From: Azolla caroliniana
Taxonomy: Eukaryota; Plantae; Polypodiophyta
Length of the DNA: 64,000 nt
Assembly: GCA_043228905.1 (NCBI GenBank)
Contig: JBHGNT010000001.1
Location: 21,514,001-21,578,000, forward strand
Direction of reading: 5' to 3'
The stretch's first letter is position 1. The number at the start of each line of letters is the position of its first letter. This document shows positions 1 to 12,100 of the stretch, piece by piece. Both the position numbers and the translations under genes were made by a program. Under the pieces are notes generated by a model, which saw nothing but the letters and a program-made list of their open reading frames with translations, did not search any database and was not told the origin of the DNA.

Positions 1-1769
1 TAGAGTTGACCTTTCTATCAAAGGTTGTTCACGTATTTCCAAAGTGGGTTGATGATCCTCAAATGCTCAAAGATACTTTTTGAAACATATTAGTCACACA
101 TTCATACTAGATCTCATGGTTGATGGTTTTCATTGTCTTATTATGGGAAATCATGACTTTGTCATGCCCTTGTCACACCATGGTTCCCTCACGATCTCCA
201 AAACTATTAATAAACAAGGCAACATTAGTCATTCAATTTACTTATGCTATATGAATGTTGATCTCGTTTTGTAAAATATAATAGAAATTTGTTGCAACTA
301 TAAGGAAAGTCACATAATTCATTGCAAGGAATGCATTGACACTAAACTTATGCAAAAAAATGGAACTCATATGTAATTTAGCAATTGACCCATCCCAATG
401 TGCACAAACTATATTAGGACCACTCTCGTTGGCTAATATCTAAATAGTATGATTAGTCTCATGCATATTTGAAGTGGACATATGGTTATACCTATACATA
501 GATGTAGAAGGACAACTCAGCAAAATAAGAGGTGTATGTGGAGTCTAGACTATCCTACCATTTGTTGTGAATTATTGGTTGAAATTGTGTGCTATATCTC
601 CCTAAGCATATTGGACAATATTCTATTCTACGTAGATAAAAACGATATTTCAAAACATTAGCCTAGTTAATATCAAAGTTATAGTTGCTAACTATAGTCC
701 TTGATGTTAGAAAACAATGCATTATATTATAGCAAATATCAACCAAACAAAAGAGTTATAAAGAAAATTATTGAAAGATTTCATGGTGGAATTTAGAAAT
801 ATGTTTCTCTCTCTTATCAGTTATGCTTACAATGTTGCGTATCTTCATAAATCCCTATACAACTATCTTCATCAACCCCTATCTCTTATCTTGTTTACTT
901 CGTTTTGTTTCATAAATTCTTCAAACAAAACTGTCAAATATCGAGAAAGCCTAATAACGTGAATAAAGGGACAACAAAAATCTTGCTTTCCCTTGTTATT
1001 ACAATTATAAATTTCAAACAAATATCAAATATGCTTATATGTGTGCATGGGTTTGAAAGTTGTAGCTTTGAATCAAAATAATTAAGTTTAAACACATAAT
1101 TAAGAAATGATCAACATTCTAATCGTCTGGATGAATTTAACTCCTATACTAAGCAAACTAAATTTCTTTTAAAGATTCATTGGCAACCAAATCTTGTAAT
1201 TAGGTAGACTCATTTCTTATTTATTGTAAATTAGCCTAACTTTGAAGAGGCATACATAGATAAATTCGAAAATGAGCATTCATACTACATTATGTTATTG
1301 TACATAGAAGCATATTATGGTAACTTTGAATTATAAAACTTGTTATTATTAGCATATAACATTGATGTGTACATTTATCTACACGCTTTCTCTTATATAT
1401 GTTAAAAGAAGGGGCTATAAAAGTCAAGGGGCATTCACATTTGAATGCATTTCACTTCATGTACATATACGTATATACGGATGACCTTGTGAATAAACAA
1501 AGAGAAAATAAAACATCTCAATCTTGAAGGAGTCATCTTATTAACTTTTGCAACAACTTTTAAGTGAACACATTTTTCCCATCCACTCACAATAATCGTT
1601 TCATGATTAGATTGCTGATAGTTGTGCGGTATACATACTTTGACAAATGTTCTTTATTAGACAAAAATAATTGAAGGAATTCATTATACTCGTAATAACT
1701 TTAAAAATTCTAAAGTTGTACTATGCCAATATTGCTGAATTGACTACTTGGGAAACATGAACTTATTGA

Positions 1770-2100
1770 GACCACATTACATGATATAACCAATCCCCAA
1801 AATCTCACCTATAGACACAATAGCCTTATGCATTGACCATATTGATTGAAGACTAGCACATGGTTACATGATAAAACCAATTCCCAAAATCTCACATATA
1901 GATACAATGGCTTACTCCCATTATTTGGACACATTGATTAAACGAGAACCTTATATACATTGACCACATTGATTGAAGACTTGATACATGGTTACATGAT
2001 ATAAGTTATAACCAATCCCCAAAATCTCACCTTTAGACACGACGGCCTACTCCTATTACTTGGCCACATTATTTAAAAGAGAACCTTATATGCAATGACC
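1770..2100. repeat. Degenerate three-copy tandem repeat downstream of the ZUP1-like gene
   Basis: ttacatgata..accaatccccaaaatctcac recurs near 1777, 1864 and 1992. Confidence 0.6.
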
Positions 2101-2720
2101 ATGTTATTCCAACAATTTAATTTCCACTTCAATTTGACATTCCAACCAAGTAGTTAACTAAAGTGTCATACCAGCTCACATGCGATGATGATCGCACCAC
2201 AAAATAGTCACCTCATATAGGTTACCTTTTGTAAGGTAAACTTACATGCAATGACTATGTTATGCATAACAATAAAATTTCTTCAAGACTTGGTTAAAAT
2301 TTTGTTTCTATTTGACATTCCAACCTAGTAGATAACTAAAGTGTCAAACTAGCTGACTTGGGATGATGATAACACAACATGGTAGGTTAAATATCATTTT
2401 TAAGTTTGGGATTATTACACACGCTAATGGTCAGCTATCAAATGAGGGTTGGCAAACTCACTTTCCATCATCCAATGGCTGAAAACAATAACTTCCATTT
2501 CAGAAGGCAAGAATTTGGACAAATTGAGAAATTTGAATACAAAAAGCTTAAAGTAGAGGCGTATTTCTGTGAACAATGAATTTGTCATAATTCCTGTTCT
2601 TTACAAAAATATATTACTCTGGCATTGTTCTCTATTAGGTCGGGCTTAGAAACACATTCCTCGTATTCCAAGGAAGGGTGGGACAAAAGTGTTAGGAATG
2701 TTTTTGAGTAAAACCTTATG

Positions 2721-5700
2721 TTAAGAGACAACTAACTCGCTTTTCAATGACTTCAATTGTTGTAACTCTTCTCCTTCTGCAATTCCGGGTTCAATATAAC
2801 AAACCTGCTAATGTGGTATAAATGCATTAGGTTGTTAGAAATAGGGAGTGACAGTAAATAACAACAAGTGTATTTAGTGTGATTTCAAAAAAAATGCATC
2901 TGATCCTGTGAAGAAATAACATATATAGATGATTTTTTCACTAGTAAAGTAATAAACAGAAGTGAAGAGTTATTGCCTACTTGTCTTGGTCAAGGGTTCA
3001 AGTTCTGCAAATTATGCGAATTTTTTTTCATAAACAGTGAAACCATAACCTGATATGATTGTTTCTTCAACGTATGTACGCCACGCTTGATCAACTTTTG
3101 CCACAATCTCTTCGATCTTAATGCATGTGCAAGCTCTTTGGTTTTCTAAAATTATAATTGGAAGCAATGTCACAATATATAATCCTAATAGACCAGCCTA
3201 TTAGAATCCCATTTGTCATAATAAACCTAAGACAAAATTTTCAGCCCAAATCACGAAATATTTTACATTTTCTCTCTAGGCTTATTAGATGAGCATTTAA
3301 TTCCATTATATAATACTTGTCTTCTTTCATCAATATTATTTATATTAAGGCCAAATCATAAACTTACAGTTGATGGATCCAAAATGAGAAGGAAGACATC
3401 TTCTTTTAATTCACTTTTCTTCTGTCGTTGGATTCCTACTATAGTTCGTGAATGGCCCTGATGTTGGAAGTACAATGGTCTGTAGTATTTACAAAAAAAA
3501 GCATTACCTATTCAATACTATGTATATAGATAAGCCTAGTTATTTATCAACTAATCTTATTAATAAGCCTAGTTATTTAACAACTAAATCATACAGATAA
3601 ACCTAGTTATTATTTAGTTATGTTGATAAGCCTATTTGTGTATTACCTATACATAGAAACAATCCTAGTTAAGGAATTATGTGTGTGCACAAGCCTAATT
3701 ATTTATTTTAGCTAGTTATGTAGCAAAGCCTAGTTATTTACCAAACTTACGTGCACCGACTGGTAGCAACATGTCCTTGAAACTGATGCATTTGGGCTTT
3801 GGAAGACCCACCGTCAATTCCATCAATGAAGTAACGCCATACCCACTTTACAAGAGATTCATGATTGGCATCTTCATCCTTCGCCAATTCCTTCTCATTG
3901 GAAGAACCATATATTTTTTCATAATCAGCTAGATCCCCATTATTATTTCTATCAGCCATACACAAAGCACACAAATCATAGTTGCTCCTTTTCTTGCTTT
4001 TGTATCGGATACCTCTTATTGGACAAACATTGCAAACATCACATTGAACATTATGATGGATTTGATGATCAAAATCCAATTTGTTATCTGCATAACTCCT
4101 ATGATAGATTTGATTATCACAATCCAGCTTGTCGTTTAAATTATTCCTTTCTATCGTATTATTTCCTGGAGTATTATTATTATTATGTAACCATCTATCG
4201 ATTAAAGTTTGCCCAGCTCTATTAGATTTGCCACTAAAATCGATTATTCGAGCTCGTAACCCAAAAGACCGAAATAAAGTCGCACACTCTGTTGTCCCAA
4301 TCCATTCCTTTGAACCATAGATTTTATGGTGATAAAATTCAGCACCTGGCTCATCAAAACCAAGAGACCAAGAATACTCAAGCCATTGTTGAAGAGAAGG
4401 TATGTCAGGAACAAATCCAACACCTCCGAATAAAGCATTTCTTCCCCATTTGTACATAAGCAAATGAGAGCTCAACATCTGAATATTCCTCCAACCACAT
4501 CCCCAACCTATATCTTCAGATGCACAACTCTCAAAATGTTCAACATGAGCTGCAATTACTGTAGATGAAGATTTTTTGTTCTCAGAATACAAGCTATCTT
4601 TCAATAAATTCATTACTCCCTCATCAATGGACTGAAATTTGCATATTTTCTGACTTAATGTTAGTTGTTGGAAGGTCAAGCTATTGACCATAATTGAGTT
4701 GTTTGGTAATGTGAATCGATTTTCGCCTGTCCGTGGCTTCTTTGAAACATAATCCTCTTTGACATTTTTCGCATATTCTAAATTTGCATGCTGCTGTGTT
4801 TGTATCTAGCAGGCAGAAACACGAATAAAAAATTACTAGCATATTAATCTACAAGAGAAACTGAGCACTCATATTGTAGCACTTCTAAAGAAAGATTTTC
4901 TATTCTAAAAGAAGAAGGTGAATGCAGGATAGGAATTTATCTTCTTACCACTTAAAGCTAGATCTTAGATTAAACATATGAGTACAACTAGAATCTCGAC
5001 GTAAGGGAAGAAAATAAGATCCGTTCAATTTCAGATATGTTATCAAGTAGATTATAAAATGGTATTGACTTTATATATCTGTGACATATATGTATGTATA
5101 AAAATCAGTAAATTGCACGCACTTAAAACGTAGCACAGTTTAAAGCTCACATGTAACAGAACCTTTGAAGTGGTGGCATATCAAGGTAAAAGCTTGACCT
5201 TCATAACCTACAAATGGAGAGTTCAAACCTGATGGATGTATCATGTGTCATGGTATGGACATCTTTGTTCAAGGTGATGTCTTCCATGTAAGTTTCTTTA
5301 GTATGGTCTCTGATGCTATTAGGCGTGAAAAAAAATAACAACATGCCTCCCATGTGCAGGCAAGGCCAAAGCGGAATATTGAATGTCTTCCATGTAACTT
5401 TCTTTAGCCTCATAGTATGTATGGTCCCTGAAGCTATTAGATGTGAACAGGCACCAACAGGTTTCGTATGTGGGGCCAAGGGAAACGAGGAGTATTGAAT
5501 ATGGTAGATGGTTAATCATTTTGTGTAACAATGCATCATCGTACACAACTAAACCATCTAGCAGAACGTAGTCCAGGGTTAGGTTTTCGTTTCTCTTCTT
5601 GAGTTGTATCTTTTCAATCCTTTCCCCATATTATCTTAGAGACAACGATAATTTTGTGTGCATTTGGTTGTGAGTTATCTCCATGGTGGAATATATTCAT

Positions 5701-6807
5701 GCCCATTTGTGCTTTACATCACTTCATGACAAATCACAAATGATCCAACATATCGAAAGAATAATGACTCTTGTTCTTTGATTAGGTCTTGCCACATCAA
5801 ACACAATGTTCAAAGTGATAGTTCTTTTTGTTAGTTTTTTCGTTTGTATTAGGGCTATACTCTAGTGTCAACACAAGTTTTTACTAACCCATGGTTCCAT
5901 TCTACTTTATGCACTACTTTACTAGATGCCATCATGGAACATATGGGTTGAATGCATGACATTTTGGTCATCGCCTGAGGAAAGATGATATCCATGAAAA
6001 TAAGGATCACATATATTTATCGCCTACAAAATGAATATGATGCTCAACTAATAAACTATGCTGTTGTAATCCTTAACACAGCCAATGAGGAATGAGAAAA
6101 ATCATACATAAATGAGCAGTTTCTAAGTTGAGCTCATAAACAACATATAAAAAGAGGAATCATTACCTGTGGTGACGAAGATGCTATTTCCAACGCAAGA
6201 GCATGGTCTCTGGCATTGTCAGCTTCATCCAAGTGACAGTTCACATGCCTTCAAAAGCCTTACTAGATTGTTAGGAGATTTAGGACATAGCTTAAATGGA
6301 GATACGGATAGTTAACAAAACGGTTTTATGAAACATTCTTTCCTTCTTCTTTTATGAAATAAATTAAAAATGAAACCAGTTTTTGATCATTCATTAATGC
6401 AAGCGATAGCTCGACTTTGAGAGTCCTAGCACAACCATCTCTCTTAGTCCTTCATAATTGCCTTCCTAGATATTCGAAGTTCTTGAATCAATGGTAGAAA
6501 AAGGATTAGCCTTTGATCTTTCATTTTCTTTTCTGCCTTTTGATCTCCAAAACTTTCTATCTCTTCTCTCCCTAATGTTTGTCCATGAAATTCTTCTAAG
6601 TTGTTAAATCAATGGATCAAGAAGTATCGATAAACCTCTTTTTTCAGTGCCTTTTTCTTGTTGTGCATAAGGAACTCTTAAAACACGGACGCACACACAC
6701 AGACACAGACATAGAGCGAGAGAAGCTTACTTTTGAAGCTCCATGAGAGGAACAGGGAGCCCACAAAGAGGGCATGTTGGGTTCTTGTCCATCTCGTCTG
6801 CATCCAT
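2721..6807 (-). CDS. ZUP1: ZUP1/ZUFSP-like peptidase C78 family deubiquitinase, 6 exons: 6807-6731, 6248-6167, 4805-3751, 3479-3368, 3145-3050, 2804-2721 (501 aa; alternative ATG at 6792)
   Basis: All introns are GT-AG with consistent phases. The N-terminal C2H2/UBZ finger CPLC..HVNCH is split over exons 1-2. Catalytic Cys motif DIGWGCGWRNIQML, His motif LYFQHQGHSRTIVG and Asp motif LILDPS are present; TAA at 2721. Confidence 0.9.
3530..3740. repeat. Intronic short repeat cluster (aagcctagttattt)
   Basis: The motif recurs about 7 times in intron 3. Confidence 0.5.
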
Positions 6808-7104
6808 CAATGATTGACGAAGCAATGCATGTTATATCAATACATATGTTAATCACAAATGTATGTATGTATATCATAGAACGTCTCGGGGATCAAGTCT
6901 TACACGACGGCGCATATGCGAACCGTCTCGTAGAAAATGTCTCCCATTAACAAGGCATATAAAGAAGAATGCATTCATGTCAATATCAGAGAGTGCTTTC
7001 ATGGGCTCGTTTCTATTTGCAACCAAATCATAATTAGGCTTGGTGAGGAAATTGCGGACATAGACGGTGTAGGACACGTTTTGAATGGCGCGTGTGATTT
7101 GCAC

Positions 7105-7372
7105 CATAGTATGAACCATACGTACCATACGTGCATTCGCATTCGCGAAAGAAAAACACCCTCAAAGAATGATAAATACCATACTTTTGGATTAACTATT
7201 TATTATGAGGTAGATAAGCCTAAAAATGAAAAAGAAAACAATAAAAAACATTAAAAAATGGGGAAAAAAACAAAAACAAAAAACACAAGAATGTTTGGAT
7301 AACATTCGCATTCGTTTTCCAACGTATGAAAACGAATGTTATACTAGACGAACACGAATTTTATGTACTATG
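7105..7372. mobile_element. hAT-like MITE inserted in the left MULE TIR
   Basis: Termini catagta...tactatg; exact 8-bp TSD atttgcac (7097-7104, 7373-7380). The segment is absent from the right TIR. Confidence 0.8.
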
Positions 7373-7700
7373 ATTTGCACCGTTCGATCTCTATCTACAA
7401 AAAGCGCGCGTTGAAAACCTAACTCGGGTCTGACAAGCCTCTATTACATCTAACCTGGGTCTGACAAGCCTCTGTCACATCTAACCCGGGTCTAACAAGC
7501 CTCTGTCACACCTAACCTAGGTCTAACCTAACCCGGGTGCATGCACCTAACCCAGGTACCCGATTAAAATTTCTAAAGAGATCATAGTTAAAAAAAGATG
7601 CTAAGATTACTCAAAAATATCAAGCCTAATTTTTATAATACAAAATTGCACGATTTTACATATAATAATCACATGATGTAATGTAATAAAAACTATGAGA

Positions 7701-8705
7701 TCAAGGCTCTTGTTCAAAGCATGGCAAGATACACCCACAATTTTTGCAGCAATTTGCATTGGAGTCTCTTGAAGTCAATGTCAAACCATCACAATGCAAA
7801 CACCGAACCTTCTCAGTGTCACATATTGGCAACTGCCTTTTAGCACGACGAACACCTCTTTGTAGTTTGCTAGTGTGTGTTTTGGTCATGTTTGGGGAGC
7901 TGCCAATAAGTTCTTGTGAAATGTCGGGCTTGGCTCCTCTTTTCACACCAATTTGTTGCTTTCGACTTATTGAACCTCTCGATGCCATATTGGTTGTTGT
8001 CGATGCACCCATAGATAAGAGCAATTCCTTTCGAAAATCTACCATGAGTTGCCGACAACGCTCAAGAGCCGCACTATTCATTGCTCCCCATCCTTGCTCG
8101 AGAAGTTGAAGTGCTTCCATAGTTTGATGTGCTTCTAACTTTATTTCTTCCCTTTCGTCAATTTCTAAATTCATCTCGACTTTTGCTTCTTGTGTCAACT
8201 CTAGTTCTCTATCCATTGTGGCATCATCCATTCGCATTTGGGTTGCATGATCTATAAATGGTAATGATCCACATAGTGATGGCATATGTCTCTCAACGAT
8301 CATCCGAATCGCAAGCAAATGCTTACATTTACTTGCAAAGTCTTGACAATCACAATATGAACATTGGAGTGAGACATTGTACCATACAATGGGAGTGGTC
8401 ATGCTCAATATTCGAAACCAATATCGGGCCGCGTCCACAATATGTACTAAGTTGCTATTGGTCACATATCTTTCTAGTATCCTCTCAACCTCTTTAAGTC
8501 TTGACCTTTGATCATTACAATTTGCACGGGGTTGGAATCTACCACTCTCACATATTTCTTGTCGTTGCATGTACCATTCTACCACGGTCCCACTGATGCA
8601 AGTGCTAGAGACATTGTCCCCAATTAAAACATGCACAAGATCGGTAATAGAACGGTTTATTCTTCCTCTCAAAGTAGTGTACTTGAGAAATTGCCAAGGT
8701 CTCTC
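7701..8705 (-). pseudogene. MULE transposase, C-terminal part (SWIM finger plus terminal CxxC..CxxC)
   Basis: CDCQDFASKCKHLL is a SWIM motif. The frame rejoins across the Gypsy insertion as DTTNLVE|RPWQFLK. Confidence 0.8.
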
Positions 8706-9147
8706 TGTTACCGGCCGACAAAGTAGTCCAGAGTGTGAAACGAAGGAGTTATTTAATTATTAAGGAATGGTTGTAAGTAAGCTATTAGTGTGGACAGACG
8801 GACCGGAATCGGTATGCAATTCCGGATCCGGACCGATCCCGAATAGGTGCGGATGGCACTGTTTTGTACTACAAACCGGAAACCTATTTAAAGGCCCGGA
8901 TACAATGTAATGAGCAGCGGATAATTAATGAAGCTTAGTGTTTTTATCTCTTTGTGTTAATTGCCGTTCTGCATTCATTGTTATATCTTACGCGTGTGAT
9001 TATTAAGGACGATCTTGCTAAGTAACTTAATTAAGTCGGATTAATCGTTGAGCCTAATCCTCTTGTCGTAACACCCCTTTGGTGAAGTGTCTTCCGTAGA
9101 CACCCTGTGTTAGGCCATTGTCCGGCCCTAAGAGTTAACACAGTTTT

Positions 9148-9158
9148 TGGCGACCACG
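9148..9158 (+). promoter_or_regulatory. Primer-binding site of element A (TGGCGACCACG, tRNA-Arg-like)
   Basis: Lies 7 nt downstream of the 5' LTR. The same motif follows the LTRs of B (25206) and C (43799-43809, minus, one change). Confidence 0.75.
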
Positions 9159-9187
9159 ATTCCTGTTTTTGCAGCGAACGATGGCAT

Positions 9188-12100
9188 GAATGGATGACTA
9201 GATCAACGCACGACCTGGTTATAGATCGAACTCGACGCCTTGCCGAAAGGCAAAGGAGACGTGAGGCTTTCCAGCAAGCGGTGCAGGAAATTACAGTGGA
9301 TCGCTTGTTTTCCAACGTAATCCGGAGAGTAGCGGAGGAGTCCCTCCGGTTACAGCAAACATCGCACCCGGACGACGGCAGCAGCCTAATAAGCCTTCGG
9401 GAAACCGAATCCCTTCTCTAGGCGTTGGCAAGCGGAGAAGGCGAAGCAGAAGCCTTTTCAGCATATGAATCGGATTCCGAAGGGGGATACAACTTGCACA
9501 CGAACTACCGTAGCAGCAACGACACCCCGGGCGGACCGGAGGACGAAGGATCAGACACCTTACCGACACCGGAACCGGAAGTGCTAAGGCTGGAACCTCC
9601 GGAACCAGAAGCAGAGGAAGAGCGACCTCCGACACCGGAAGTCGAGGAGGAGAGGCCTCCGTCACCAAAAGAAGAGGAAAGACCACCGACGCCGGAGGCA
9701 AATCAGGAACGACCACCGATGCCGGAGAAAAACCAGGAACGACCACCAACACCACCAGCTCGTGCACCGATACCGGACGACGACATGCCGTTCCAGTACT
9801 CCAAGTATAGAGATGATCCGGACGCGGAAGCTCATGTTCATGCCTTTGAACAGACATGGGAAGCAAACCATGTGTCCCAACGATTGACCCTGGAGGAAGA
9901 GGAACACTCTAAGATAGTGGAATTTGGTGTCACATTGGAAGGACCAGCAGCAAGATGGCGCTGGACGCAGGACCCGTCTACCATCACCACCTTCGCAGAT
10001 TTAAAAGCTAAATTCTTGCATTTTTTCCAAAAGGAGGTGGACCAGACAGTAATGGTGGGCTTGTTTTATACCATCCGACAGGAGGAAGGGGAGAGCATTC
10101 CCCAGTTTGTCATCCGGTCTCAACGGATGCATAGTCAGCTTGCCCGCGCACCCTCGGAGGAGGAATTACAGACTATATTCCTAAATGTGCTCTGGGAACC
10201 CCTACGCACGGTTTGCACGGTAATTGACTTCCGCGCAAGTACCATCAACCATGTCATTGACTGGGTGAGAGAGATGGAAAAGACAAGCTCCTGGCTCACA
10301 CTGGGAGCACTCCAACGAGCGTTACCGTCCGATGAAGACCTCCGGTTTCGGCAAGCAATACAGTGCACAACCTGCTTGAATTCTGGACACTCGGCACTGG
10401 AATGCACTATGAGGACGCAATGTGTAATTTGTCAATCCAAGGGCCATACGGCGGATAGGTGCGAGTATAATCTATTGAACCAGCAAGCACCGCCCGTCCG
10501 ACAAATAGAGCCACGCAGCAGCTGGGATGAAGAAGAGGAACGCTGGCGGCGAATGGACCGATGCCGACCGGCACAGGATGTCCGGTATGGCGATCGACGG
10601 GAGAATGATGTCCGGTACGATGATCGGCGGGATAACTACGACCGACACGATAGAAATGATCGGTACTGGGATTACAATAGACGATACGAACATTACGACT
10701 GGGAGCACTCCCCCGGGTATCGTCAGCAACGGGAGGAATATGGCAGATATAACGACCAACCTCGTCAAGAGTATTGCAATAAGAAGAACTATAACAAAAA
10801 ACGGCATTTCAAAAAAGGAGAACACCGTAGGGCTTGCGGGTGGCAATCACTCCGAGAACGAGACATGGCAGGTGTTGCAAGAATGCCAGATTACGCTGCC
10901 ACTAGGAAGACTCCTACAGCTCGTGCCGAGATTCACGGAAGGACTGAAGACAGCCATGACGGAAGGAGAATCATCACCGGCACCGATACTCTTCTCGAAT
11001 CCGGAGGAGGGACCAACGGTGGTGGACACCAACAGTCCGGTAATTACTGCCATTGTAAAAGGGAAAGAACTCCCTGGCACAGTAATAGACGGAGGCTCCG
11101 GTGTGAATGTAATAAGCCTCCGGACGTGTGATGCCCTAGGAATCCACAAGTGGGAGCCGTGTCCGTTCTGGTTACGGATGGCCGATACAAGCTCAGTGCG
11201 GCCGACAGGATTAATACGAAAATTAGAAGTCACTGTTGGCGGTCATACATTTCACATCTCGGCAGTAGTGCTACAATTACAGGCACAAGGCGCGTACCCG
11301 CTATTGCTGGGGCGGCCGTGGTTGAAAACGACACATATCAAACAGAATTGGGGGAAAAATATAATTACCTTCCGGCGAGGAAAAGCCAAGGTACGTGTAC
11401 CGACATGGCCAAGGACGAGCACTGGCAAGGAATGTACACCGTTGTATGCAGAGTGCGTCAACATTCTAGAAGGGTTAGCTGATGAAGAAAAAGCTCAGTA
11501 CTTGCAGGAAACCTCGAAGATCGTACCCCTCTTCGAAATGGACATTGCCGAAGCAGTAGCACCATACTTACCGCAGCCGGAAGAGACTGAAGCAGAACCG
11601 GATAAGGACGCAATCCGAGAGTTACGGCAAGCGCAGGAAGCATTGGAACGGGAAATGGCCGTTTCACAGCGCGTAAAAGCGTCGCAACTTGAAGAGGTGA
11701 ACCTAGGGACCACGGACAAAGCAAAACTGGTGCTCATCGCCAAGGAGATGAAGTCCGAATACAAAACGGCGATGATCACACTTCTCATGGAATTTCGCGA
11801 CGTGTTTGCCTAGTCATACGAAGACATGCAAGGGCTCGACCCTCAGTAATACCAGCATCAGATTCACTTGAGCAAGGACGCAAAACTAGTGGCACAAAGA
11901 CGGTACCGGATGAATCCCAATTATGCCGCCAAAGTCAAGGAGGAAATCGACAAATTGCTAAGAGTTGGCTTTATCCGTCCCGTAAAGAAAGCGACATGGC
12001 TGAGCCCGATCGTAGTCGTACCGAAGAAGAACGGAAAAATTCGAGTTTGTGTGGACTACCGGAAACTCAATGCGGCTACGGTAACAGATGCGTTTCCACT

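Noticed and set aside
3747-4691. 314-aa ORF as a complete gene
   Set aside because: It is most of exon 3 of a spliced gene; the catalytic His/Asp lie in exon 4.
5160-5570. Short ORFs in intron 2 as an extra exon or gene
   Set aside because: No recognisable motif; exons 2 and 3 join in phase without it.
10780-10870. Programmed gag-pol frameshift in A
   Set aside because: B has gag and pol in one frame; the shift in A coincides with a deletion.
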